NCBI GenBank assembly: GCA_964016885.1
Contig: OZ024743.1
Span: forward strand, 85,498,001 to 85,562,000
Direction: 5' to 3'
Length of the DNA stretch: 64,000 bases
Source of the DNA: Eledone cirrhosa
Taxonomy: Eukaryota
In this document: piece by piece, positions 41,311 to 53,856 of the stretch
Layout of the letters: every line of letters starts with the position of its first letter
Numbering within the stretch: the first letter of the stretch is position 1
Notes under the pieces: model-generated
Seen by the model: the letters and a program-made list of their open reading frames with translations, nothing else
Told to the model about the DNA's origin: nothing
Databases searched by the model: none
Made by a program: the position numbers and the translations under genes

Positions 41311-41815
41311 AAAATGTTAAGAATTAAAAAAAAAGTTTTTCTTATATTTTTCAAAAAGGCGTTGCCTTTAAATCAAATTGGCTGGCAAACAAACGCAGAA
41401 GACGTATAATGGCCATTCGTAACGCTCCGGAATACAGGCAAATTTTTGAAGATTGCGTCACCCAATCAGAATCCAGGAGGATTTATGTGCAAAATACAAA
41501 TTTTGAGACCCAGTGAAAAAAAAAAATTATAACGCACGATGGAATAATTTACTGATAATATTTTTTAGTTTTTTTTTTTAATAATGCATTTCGATGTAAT
41601 ACATGTCGATACAAAATGTGTTTGTGCATGCAGGCAAGTGATAAATATAACGACAACGAAATAATTGTTCTAAACAACAAAACGTTCAGTTTTTTTCTTC
41701 TTTGTGACAGCGTTCTTTCTTTCTTTCATATTTGTTGAACAAAAATGCTTGTTTGTTTCTTGTCGGTTTGCGAATATGATTTATTGCATGTTTGTTCAAG
41801 TCGCAGGTCACCATT

Positions 41816-42142
41816 TATAATGAAGAATGTAAGTCGCTAGATCAGAAGGCATTAAATAGACAAACTCCATTACAAGTATGTACTTCATTTATTCTTGCTT
41901 CACACTGTGAAAGTCATTTTGCCTGTATTTCCATGTGTGAGATACGACAGGATATGGCGTGTCGAAGAATCGACGTTTTGACGATAGCAGATTTATCTGG
42001 AGACTGGTCTTTTGTCTTAACTTCCGTTCTCTGGTCTAAGTAGTCCAGTTACTTGTATCGTTACGCCGATTTACTTCCGTAACATTTTTCTTCCGCCGAA
42101 GGAAAATACATTTAATTACAAAGGATATATATTACTGCTACA
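41816..42142 (-). repeat. 5' LTR (327 bp, 29-bp deletion)
   Basis: Direct repeat of 37142-37497 followed by the PBS. Confidence 0.95.
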
Positions 42143-44506
42143 TAAGCTCTCTGAACTTTTTCCATCCCGTTCTGACTCTAGCTACTGTACTTTCAGAGCA
42201 CCCTCCACCACTGGTAACGGAAGGTGTCCACTATTTCTATAGAACCATCTGTGCAATGGAATGAGCTAGTATTCTGTGGGCACTTGCTGCTACTTATTGC
42301 ACCTGAGCACCGGCCACATATAAAATCTATATTCTTAGTTAGCTTACCTGTGATCCCACTACATCTTTTATGCACCCATACTTTGCATTTTGGACATAAA
42401 ATGGAGTTTCTGCCTACTCCTTTCCTACACACTGAGCATGGCCATTTCCCAGATGGGACCGGTGCCCTATTTTCCTTCCTACAAACTACAAGTTAACTTT
42501 AAGGCCTTTTGATTCTAGGCCATGCTTCCATGTTTGGAGTTTCTTTTCTAGTTCAGCCATTGATTCAGCTATGAGCGTTAGATCATCTGCGTATAGGAGT
42601 TTGCGTGGGCAGCCGGTCTTGAACTCCTCTGTTATAGCCTGAAGGGCAATAATAAATAGGAGGGGGCTAAGAACGGAGCCCTGATGAACACCAACTTTTA
42701 CGCTAAACTCTTCACTATATTCGTTGTTAATTCTAACCTTGCTCACTGTTTCTTTATACATGGCTTGTATAGCTCTCACAAGCCATTCATCAACACCTAG
42801 TTTTCTAAGAGCCCACCAGATAATGGAGAGGGGGACTCTGTCAAAGGCTTTCTCCAGGTCTACAAAAGCTAAGTATAGAGGTTTACTTTTAGCTAGATAC
42901 TTCTGTAGTTGTCGTACAATGAAAAGAGCGTCTGTGTTACTTTTACCTGACACAAACCCGAACTGCATTTCATCTAGATTAATTCGCTCTCTGATTAGTT
43001 GCGCTATTACTTTTTCTGTGACTTTCATGACCTGGTCGATTAATTTAATGCCTCTATAGTTACCCCTATCTAGGGCATCACCTTTACCCTTGTAGCAGTT
43101 AATGATGATGCTGCTACGCCAGTCCTTCGGAACAACCCCATTCTGTATGACTTGGTTTACTATCCGGGTGACCATACTGGGTCCCACCGTTCCAGATCAT
43201 TTCAGCAACTATTTCCGAAGACCCAGCCGCCTTACTCGTCTTCATATCTTTGATTGCCTTACTTATTATACTACCTTCAACTTGCACTGCTGGTCCCTCT
43301 ATTGGATCGATGTGGGGGAGACTTTCTCCCATTTATTCTCCTCATTTAGTAGCCTTTCGTAGTGACACTTCCAAGCTACCTTCTTATCAGCGTCAGTGAT
43401 GGCAAGTACACCATCATCATTAAGTACACACTTCTCCCCGACAATATCACGGTTTTCCTTGACACATTGCCTAGCAATCCTGAACATCTCACGTTTTTGG
43501 TCCTCGCGTTGTAGAATATGCTTGAACTTTCTTTCCTCTGCTTCCCTTCTTGCGAAGTACACTTGTCTCCTAGCTTCCCTCCTGGCCACTTGATAGTTTT
43601 CTCTACCTCTCCCATCCCGCCATACTTTCCAAGCTTGCTTTTTGGCCTTGATCAACTCCTCCACCTTACTGTTCCACCACCACGTTACTCTCCTCCTGCC
43701 TATAGGTCTGCTCCAGCCACAGATTTCATCTGTCGCCTTCAGCAGGTTAGCTTTCAACAATTCCCACTGTTCCTCTATATTGTACGACTCTAATTGCTCT
43801 TCCTTACTGTCAAAAGCATCAAGTAATATGCTTTTAAATTTATTACTGGCTGTGGGGTCCTTTAGCTTCCATATTTTTCTCCTAAGGCTAGTCCTCCTCT
43901 GTTGTTGAATATGTCTCGTCCTGACTATGAGATCGCTGACTATGAGGCTATGTTGGGTGGTGCATTCTTCATGGGGGAGGGATTTAGTGTTTACAACAGA
44001 CACTCTGTCTCGTCTTCTGGTAAGGATATAATCTATCTGACTGGCGTGTTCCCCTGATCTATAGGTGATCAAGTGATTCTCGTTTTTTGAAGTTTGTGTT
44101 ACAGATAGTTGAGTTATTTGCGTCACAGAATTCCAGGATTCTGGAGCCTTCCTCATTTCTCGTACCAAACCCATAGCCTCCATGGATTCCGTCATAGCTG
44201 TCACAATGTTGTCCAACGTGACCATTTAGGTCGCCAGCAATAATTATATAGTCACTGTCGGTTATTTGGGAGGTAGTGAGCATTAATGTCTCATAGAATC
44301 TGTCTTTTATAATGCCAGGCAGCCCGGGTTGGGGTGCATACACAGATATTATTGTCACAGTAGTTCTATTGAGGACAAGTCTTATTTTAGTTATTCTGTC
44401 GTTCACTCTATATATATATATGTTTGTGTATATATATATATGTGTATGTTTGTGTATATATATATATGTGTGTTTGTGTATATACATATATGTGTGTTTG
44501 TGTATG

Positions 44507-44561
<55 letters not shown>

Positions 44562-44571
44562 GTGTGTGTGT

Positions 44572-45351
44572 ATCATCATCATCATCATCGTTTAACGTCC
44601 ATCTTCCACGCTTCCATGGGTTTGGACAGGAGTTTACCCACCTGAGGCAAGATTGGTTGTCCTGGTCGTATAGGACTGTCTGACGGGTTTTCTACGGCTG
44701 GATGCCCTTCATAACACCAACCACGTTTACAGTGTGTACTGGGAGGTTTTTACCGTGTTACCTACACAGCCACATTACAGTGTGGACTGTGTGTTTTTTT
44801 TTTTTTTTGTCGTGACACCTACACGACCTCATTTGTTTCGGTCTGGATGTTGTGGTACCAACATAACTTCACATTTAAGGGGGTGGTCTGGATGGGGTGG
44901 GGGTAGTGGGACGAGGGTGTATTTCGTTAGAGGTGCCTACTGACTGTAGGTTTCGCTTTGTACTTAGGCAAGGCGGGTCTTCTGTATAACTGCGTAGCGC
45001 CAAAGTTCTCGGTCCAGTGACATTGTCTTGGAGAGGTGTAAGTGTGTGAGGTCGGATATTACTGTCACAGTAGTTCTATTGATGACAAGTCTTATTTTAA
45101 TTATTCTGTCGTTCACTCTATTTACGTCTATTATCTTATCTGCCCACTTTTCTGCTACCATGATTCCTACTCCACCCAGCCCATTGTCATTTCCCACCCA
45201 GAAAAGCTTATAGCATCGTTCTTTACCCACGATGAATCTAGTAGACCCACCCCTCCACCTGGTCTCTTGAATACAACAAACAACGATCTCCTTACGTTCA
45301 AGCATTTCTACAACCTCGTTAGACCCTTTAAGGTGTCTACATCCATGGTAC
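44572..45351 (-). mobile_element. Internally deleted RTE-PHD copy (endonuclease N-terminus fused to the ORF C-terminus and 3' UTR)
   Basis: CCIQETRWRG..GGVGI..RIIKIRL..TVIS|[19 protein letters not shown] in one frame (44964-45443). Confidence 0.9.
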
Positions 45352-45416
45352 ATATATATATTTATATATATGTTTGTATGTATATATATATATGTTTGTG
45401 TATATATATATATATG

Positions 45417-46075
45417 TGGAAAAAAGGAAATTTCATTTTTCACTCTTAGTACGGCTGATACTTAAATATAAGTATGTATACAGACGTACAGTAGTATGTA
45501 TATACATACATACATGCACGCATATATATATATGTATGTATGGGTTTACCGAACATTTATTATAATGTTCGGTTTGTTTGTAAACAAACAGCCCGAATTA
45601 AGCCGTACAGTGTTCGGAAACCATCGTTGGCCTTTTGTTCAACACTGACAAAGGAACGATGAACTAGTTTCTAGCTTATTAGCTGTCATCAGCACCGTAT
45701 ACCTTCCTGTCAGTCGATTGAACGTTTGAAAGTACATACTTTCCTTATGCATATTAACGGCTGAGCAGCCTAATTTGCATATCGAGTGAGTTAGTCGGCC
45801 AGGCGTACCAAAAACGATAAATGGAAAAAATGAAATTTCATTTCTCACACTTAGTACGGCTGATACTTAAATATAAGTATGCATACGTACATACATATAT
45901 GTATACGGACGTACAGTAGTATGTATATACATACATACATGCACACACATATATATATATATATATATGTACGTATGGGTTTACCGAACATTTATTATAA
46001 ACCCATACGTACATATATATATATGTGTGCATGTATGTATGTACATACATACTACTGTACGTCTGTATATATATA
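45417..46075 (-). mobile_element. Non-coding Penelope-like unit (~405 bp) with partial tandem copy and terminal inversion
   Basis: 45417-45564 repeats at 45822-46000; 46000-46070 is the reverse complement of ~45905-45982; contains a hammerhead; related fragment at 56214-56260. Confidence 0.75.
45656..45698 (-). ncRNA. Minimal type I hammerhead ribozyme
   Basis: acggtg-CTGATGA-cagct aata agcta-GAAA-ctag-TT^catcgt; helix I 6 bp, palindromic CTAG helix III. Confidence 0.8.
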
Positions 46076-46230
46076 TGTATGTATGTATACATAATTATAT
46101 ATATATGTTTGTGTATATATATATGTTTGTATGTATATATATATATATCTATATCCGGGAGCTTCCAACAGTAATGGTTGCATTCTTTAAGGGTATGTCA
46201 ATATTTATTTATAAAACTGCTCTATATTAT

Positions 46231-46293
46231 ATTTTATCTGATGAAAGCACACCATAATTTAACTTGGTGTCCTTGAAATATGTATAATGAAAT
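46231..46293 (+). ncRNA. Type I hammerhead ribozyme
   Basis: attttat-CTGATGA-aagcacacc..ggtgtcctt-GAAA-tatgta-TA^atgaaat. Confidence 0.75.
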
Positions 46294-46391
46294 AAATATG
46301 GTTTTATAAATATAGTTTCCATTTGTCAATATCGTATATATATATATATATATATATGTTTGTGTATATATATATGTTTGTATGTATATAT

Positions 46392-47289
46392 ATCATCATC
46401 ATTGTTTAACGTCCATTTTCCACGCTAGCATGGGTCTGGACGGAAATTGTCCCACTTGAGGCAAGATTGGTTATCTTGCTCAGGACTGTCTGGCTGACTT
46501 TCTACGGCTACATGCCCTTCCTAACACCAACCACGTTTACAGTGTGGATATATATATATGTTTGTATGTATTTATATATATATATTACACCTCTCAAAGT
46601 CAATGACACACGACCGTGACTTCTGGCGTCACGCAGTAATACAGGGTACCCGACCTCCCATGGGTACATGCTGAAGCATATAAACAATATGCCCCCCCCC
46701 CCCACCGCAAGGTGGTCGTGGAGGTGCCACGGCAAAAAAGCACCCAGCCCACACTGTAAAGTGGACGTGTAGGCGCCACGAAAAAGCACCCAGCACTCAC
46801 TGTAAATGAGGTTGGTGTTAGGAAGGGCATCCAGCTGTAGAAATCAAGCCAGATCAGTTCCTGTATGAGCAAGGCATGGTCAGCCGACCAGACACTGCCC
46901 ACAACAGGACAACCCGTCTAACCCATGCTAGCGTGGAAGAACGGACGTAAAATGGTGATGATGATGATGATGATGATATATATATGTCAATATTTATATA
47001 TATATATCATCATCATCATCATCGTTTAACGTCCATATTCCACGCTTGCATGGGTTTGGACGGGGGTTTTCCCACTTGAGGCAAGAGTGGTTGTCTTGCT
47101 CGCATAGGACTGTCTGGCGGGTTTTCTACGGCTGGATGCCCTTCCTAACACGAACCACATTTACAGTGTGGAACTGGGAGGTTTTTACCGTGTTACCTAC
47201 ACGGCCACATTACAGCGTGGACTGTGTGTTTTTTGTCGTGACACCTACACGACCTCATTTGTTTCGGGCTGGATGTTGTGACACCAACT
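46392..47289. mobile_element. Three RTE-PHD 3'-end fragments: 46392-46547 (-, A), 46586-46976 (+, B), 47006-47289 (-, A)
   Basis: Match the 3' UTRs of the longer copies; each has a (GAT)n tail next to (TA)n. Confidence 0.88.
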
Positions 47290-48023
<734 letters not shown>

Positions 48024-48030
48024 GAAAACT

Positions 48031-49600
48031 AGCTCTTAGAAAACTAGGCGTTGACGAATGGCTTGTGAGGGTTATACAAGCCATGTATAAAGAAACAGTC
48101 AGCAAGGTTAGAATTAACAACGAATATAGTGAAGAGTTTAGCGTAAAAGTTGGCGTCCATCAGGGCTCTGTTCTCAGCCCCCTACTATTTATTATTGCCC
48201 TTCAGGCTATAACAGAGGAGTTCAAGACAGGCTGCCCATGGGAACTCCTATACGCAGACAACCTGACACTCATAGCGGAATCAATGGCCGAGCTAGAGAA
48301 GAAATTCCAAACATGGAAGCACGGCCTAGAGTCAAAAGGACTTAACATTAACCTGGCTAAGACCAAAGTACTAGTTTGTAGGAAAGAAAACAAGGCGGCG
48401 GTCCCTTCTGGGAAATGGTCGTGCTCGGTGTGTAGGAAAGGCGTAGGTAGAAACTCCATTTTATGTCCTAAATGCAAAGTATGGGTGCATAAAAGATGTA
48501 GTGGGATCACAGGTAAGCTAACTAAGAACATAGATTTTACATGTGGCCGGTGTTCTGGTGCAATAAGTAGCAGCAAGTGCCCACAAAATACTAGCTCTTT
48601 CAATTGCGCAGAGGGTTCTATAGAAATAGTGGACAGCTTCCGTTACCTGGGCGATAAAATCAGCAGTGGGGGAGGGTGCTCTGAAAGTACTGTAGCTAGA
48701 GTCAGAACTGGTTGGAAAAAGTTCAGAGAGCTTATACCACTATTAGCTGCTAAAGGGTTCTCCCTAAAAATGAAAGGCAGGTTGTATGATGCCTGCATAC
48801 GAACAGCAATGCTGCATGGCAGTGAGACCTGGGCATTGTGTGCAGAGGATATACGCAGACTAGAGAGGAACGAAGCTTGCATGCTCCGCTGGATGTGTAA
48901 CAGTAATATACGTGAACGGCAAAGCATAAACGAACTAAGGAAAAAATTAGAGATAAGAGGGATCAGATGTTGTTTACTCGAGAGAAGGCTACGTTGGTAT
49001 GGACACGTGATGCGCATGAAAGTCGATAGCTGTATAACAAAGTGCAGGGCAATAAAGATAGACGGTAGTCACGGAATAGGCAGACCTAGAAAAACCTGGG
49101 ACGGGCTGATAAACTCCGACCTCACCCACTTACACCTCTCCAAGACAATGTCACTGGACTGAGACCTTTGGCGGTACTCAGTAACAGAGAAGACCCGCCT
49201 TACCTAAATATATAGTAAAACCTACTCCAGCCAGTAGGCATCTCTAACAAAATACACCCCGTCCCACCACCACCACCCCCACCCCATCCACACCACCCCG
49301 TTCTATGTAAAGTTATGTTGGTGCCGCGCCATAGAGGCCGAAACAAATGAGATCGTGTAGGTGTCACGACAAAAAAACACACAGTCCACGCTGTAATGTG
49401 GCCGTGTAGGCAACACGGTAAAAACCTCCCAGACCCACACTGAAAATGTGGTTGGTGTTAGGAAGGGCATCCAACTGTAGAAAACCTGCCAGACAGTCCT
49501 ATGCGAGCAAGACAATCACTCTTGCCTCAAGTGGGACTACCCCCGTCCAAACCCATGCAAGCGTGGAACACGGACGTTAAACGTTGATGATGATGATGAT
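48031..49600 (+). mobile_element. RTE-PHD LINE subfamily A, 5'-truncated
   Basis: ORF 48065-49162 (YADN variant, PHD, premature TGA near the end), 3' UTR, (GAT)n tail. Confidence 0.96.
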
Positions 49601-50009
49601 ATATATATATGTTTGTATGTTTATATATATATATATATGTTTGTATATATATATATATATATATGTTTGTATATATATATATATATATGTTTGTATATAT
49701 ATATATGTTTGTATGTATGTATATATATATATATATTTGTATGTATATATTTATATATATATATTTGTATGTATATATTTATATATATATATTTGTATGT
49801 ATATATTTGTATGTATATATTTGTATGTATATATTTATATATATATATTTGTATGTATATATTTGTATGTATATATTTGTATGTATATATTTATATATAT
49901 ATATTTGTATGTATATATATTTGTATGTATATTTGTATGTATATATATTTGTATGTATATTTATATATATATATATTTGTATGTATATATTTATATATAT
50001 ATATATTTG

Positions 50010-50044
<35 letters not shown>

Positions 50045-50091
50045 ATGTATATATTTATATATATATATATTTGTATGTATATATATATACA

Positions 50092-50588
50092 TGACTTTGG
50101 ACATCCTGCAGGACTAAAAACAAAACCTGTCAAAGGGCAAAGGAGCTCTTAAGAGTCAATGGCCATCCAAAATCACCGGGAGAGATGACCCCTTAGCCTT
50201 TGTCAAGGCAGAATTCTAGGAGAAGGAAAACTCTGATATAACACCTGCAACCCTGATAGTATCCAATGATGTTGACTTGTTCTTCTTTTTGGTAAATATC
50301 ATCTTGGTTAAGAGAGTGGGACTGGCTTTGTGCAGTGCCTTTGCTCACTATAAAAGCTTCACGGCACAGGCATTGCTTTATATCTGGAGATCTCTCTGCA
50401 CTTGTCGTCACATGGTACCATGGGCCCAGCACTATGTGTCAATAATTGTCACAAGTGTAGTGTTTGTACCAGAGTTTTCAAGTCGCTGGCTGGACTAAAA
50501 AGTCACACTCGTTCAGTGCATCGGTAGGGGTTCTCCTACATGGATATAAAGTAATGGCCGTACTCGAAAACGAGTTGGCAGCCACCAT
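50092..50588 (+). mobile_element. Non-autonomous RTE-derived bimodular element with a C2H2 zinc-finger remnant
   Basis: RTE-like 5' UTR blocks (aaaaacaaaacctgtcaaagggc; ctaggagaaggaaaactctgat) joined to [23 protein letters not shown] (50456-50527) and a ctcgaaaacgag stem-loop. Confidence 0.8.
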
Positions 50589-50711
50589 ATGTTTGTATGT
50601 ATATATATATATATGTATGTTTGTATATATATATATGTTTGTATATATATATACACATATATATATATATATTTGTATATATATACATATATATATATGT
50701 TTGTATATATA

Positions 50712-52681
50712 TCACCAACACCACCACCTTCCAGGCTCCCAACGGCCACTCTCTCTCTGTCCGGCATGCCTTCCGCTGCACCTCCTCCAACCTATTCTAC
50801 GGACTTCGCTGCAAGGAGTGCAGCGCGACTTATGTCGGACAGACGGGACGTCGCCTGGCGGACCGATTCACTGAGCACCTACGGGATATTCGTCTCGGTG
50901 GTAGTTCCCCCATCGCCCGCCACTTTGGTGGCCCTGGACATTCCGCACGCCATCTCACAGTCTGTGGCCTACTCCAATGCCACGGAACACCCACCAATCG
51001 CCTTAGAGTCGAACAAAGAACTATCTTCATCTTACAGACCCACACTCCCCTCGGCCTGAACTCCCCACCCTTATTCCTTTAGCCTTCGACCGCCCCCTCC
51101 CCCCACACTTATCCCCCACTAACACCACTAACACACCCCTCCTTTTCACCGCCCACCCCACAACTAACAATACTAACACCTCCACTCCACCCCTCATCCG
51201 ACCACCCTTCCCCAACTAACATACTAACATCCCTCCCTTCTTCTCCTCCTCCCCCTCCTTATCACACGCACACACCCACCGGCACATATATACATGCGCT
51301 CACACTAAACACACACCCTACTACCACCACTAACTCTCACCCCCACACCTCCATCCCACCACCCCGCAACTAACCTCACTAACACCCCCTGACTCCAAGC
51401 ATACGAACACATGCACCCACTTACACCACCCACCCCACACGCAACTAACATCACTAACACCCCCCAACCCCACGCACACGTACCCACACACCCTCGTACA
51501 CCACCAACTCTACACGCCCTACCCCCACTAACCCCCACTCACACCTGCATTCAACCCTTTCCCCACCTCCCGTATACTAACACCCACCAACACCCCCTTC
51601 ATCAAACTACACACACACACCAGTACACCACACTCCCTCCATAGAACTACACACACCCTTCTCTCCCCGCTCCACCCACACCCTCGCTCCACACTCACTC
51701 ATCCCACTAACACCTCTACTAATATACACACACACCCTCCTCACTCCAACTTTCACACCTACCCATCCTCGCCCCTTTACCGTTCCACCGACTGCTGCTA
51801 TGCCCTCTGACCACCTCCCAGCACAAACAATCACACAGCACTCCCACCGCTTGACCACTTCCTGTTGCGCGCGCACCCCACATCTCTCCTCTTACGACCA
51901 TCTCTTCATGGAATACTCGTATGTGGAACTTGACCACCACAGAATCCACTAAACATCATAGGAATTTTCCAACTTTTCAACCATCCTCTTACGGAATCAC
52001 CTATATAACTCACCCACACACACACCCCAAAAAATTTTTTTCTCCCACACGCCACCTACACCCACAACACGCTTAAACCCCACACACACGTGCTTTCCAC
52101 CACATATTTACACCCTCAGCCTCCTGATTCCTCCCCCCCCTCTATCCACACATGCACAGACACTCCGACCTACAACCCCCCCCACACACACACACACCTC
52201 TTCCTGAACATGCAAACCCATTCTTCCCCCAACCCTTACTTTCACATACACACACACACACACACACGTACACCTACACACACACGCCACCTTCAGCCGT
52301 CCCCGCTCGGACACCCCGTCTCCCACTCCACCTGCCACGACCCCTACATACCCAACACCCTTCCACCACCTGTTTTACCCCTTTTTAATTTCAGTTTATT
52401 TTGATCATGCTTTTATATTTAATTTTATTTCATTCCTTGTATTTTGATCATGCTTTATTTTTATTTTTATTTTTAATTTCATTCGTACCGTTTCCTTTCC
52501 CTATATGTCTCTCCACCACTCCCCTACACACCCTTTGAACTCTGTTCCCACACACTTCTCACCTGAGGAAGGGCTTATGCCCGAAACGTCGTTCCCCACC
52601 ACCACCCCACTCTCCAGAGCGTGAAATTAATAAACATTCGTTGTACTCCCTCTCTGTTTTGTTCCTGTTCAAATTTTTCCA

Positions 52682-52684
<3 letters not shown>
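50712..52684 (+). mobile_element. 5'-truncated Penelope-like element (Neptune-type GIY-YIG endonuclease, long C-rich 3' UTR)
   Basis: [61 protein letters not shown] ending at 51082; hammerhead at 52560; aataaa at ~52629. Confidence 0.93.
52556..52596 (+). ncRNA. Penelope 3' hammerhead ribozyme core
   Basis: CTGAGGA-a-gggc ttat gccc-GAAA-cg-TC; ACGT palindrome; helix I not convincingly paired. Confidence 0.75.
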
Positions 52685-52724
<40 letters not shown>

Positions 52725-52984
52725 TGTATGTATGTATATATATATATATATGTTTGTATGTATGTATATATATATATATGTTTGTATGTATGTATATATA
52801 TATATATGTTTGTATGTATGTATATATATATATATGTTTGTATGTATGTATATATATATATATGTTTGTATGTATGTATATATATATATATGTTTGTATG
52901 TATGTATATATATATATATATGTTTGTATGTATGTATATATATATATATATGTTTGTATGTATGTATATATATATATATGTTTG

Positions 52985-53020
<36 letters not shown>

Positions 53021-53258
53021 TGTGTGTGTATATATATATATGTTTGTATGTATATATATATATATATGTTTGTATGTATATATATATATATATGTTTGTA
53101 TGTATATATATATGTTTGTATGTATATATATATGTTTGTATGTATATATATATATATGTTTGTATATATATATATATCTTTGTATGTATATATATATATA
53201 TATATATATGTTTGTATATATATATATATATATGTTTGTATATATATATATATATGTT

Positions 53259-53297
<39 letters not shown>

Positions 53298-53301
<4 letters not shown>

Positions 53302-53805
53302 TCATCATCATCATCATCAACGTTTAACGTCCGTGTTCCACACTTGCATGGGTTTGGACGGGGGTAGTCCCACTTGAGGCAAGAGTGATTGTCTTGCTCG
53401 CATAGGACTGTCTGGCAAGTTTTCTACAGTTGGATGCCCTTCCTAACACCAACCACATTTACAGTGTGGGTCTGGGAGGTTTTTACCGTGTTGCCTACAC
53501 GGCCACATTACAGCGTGGACTGTGTGTTTTTTGTCGTGACACCTACACGATCTCATTTGTTTCGGCCTGGATGGCGCGGCACCAACATAACTTTACATAG
53601 AACGGGGTGGTGTGGATGGGGTGGGGGTGGTGGCGGGACGGGGTGTAGTTTGTTAGAGATGCCTACTGGCAAGGCGGGTCTTCTCTGTTACTGAGTACCG
53701 CCAAAGGTCACGATCCAGTGACATTGTCTTGGAGAGGTGTAAGTGTGTGAGGTCGGAGTTTATCAGCTCATCCCATGTTTTTCTAGGTCTGCCTATTCCG
53801 TGGCT
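53298..53805 (-). mobile_element. RTE-PHD subfamily A 3' fragment
   Basis: Near-identical to 58300-58835 apart from a small deletion. Confidence 0.92.
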
Positions 53806-53856
53806 ATAGATATATATATATATATATATATATATGTTTGTATGTATATATATATG

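Larger units (their letters stand above)
37142..42142 (-). mobile_element. Ty3/Gypsy LTR retrotransposon, CsRN1-like clade, decayed
   Basis: LTRs 41816-42142 (5') and 37142-37497 (3'); 4-bp TSD TAAG; PBS TGGTGACC; PPT AAGCAGGGGG; gag CHCC motif CYYHSRFGVAARSCNQPC; PR VDTGA; RT YIDD; RNase H RELLA/TDHRPL; IN HGLAHPG..CLSC, ERFHRQLK, GPY; several frameshifts; gag 5' part missing. Confidence 0.97.
36281..44410 (-). mobile_element. RTE-PHD LINE subfamily A, longest copy (endonuclease to tail), split by the Gypsy insertion
   Basis: SVYAPQ, IAGDLNGHVG, SQIDYIL, RT motifs 42486-43187, PHD; the sequence ggtataag|ctctct resumes at 42147 after the LTR element. Confidence 0.95.
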
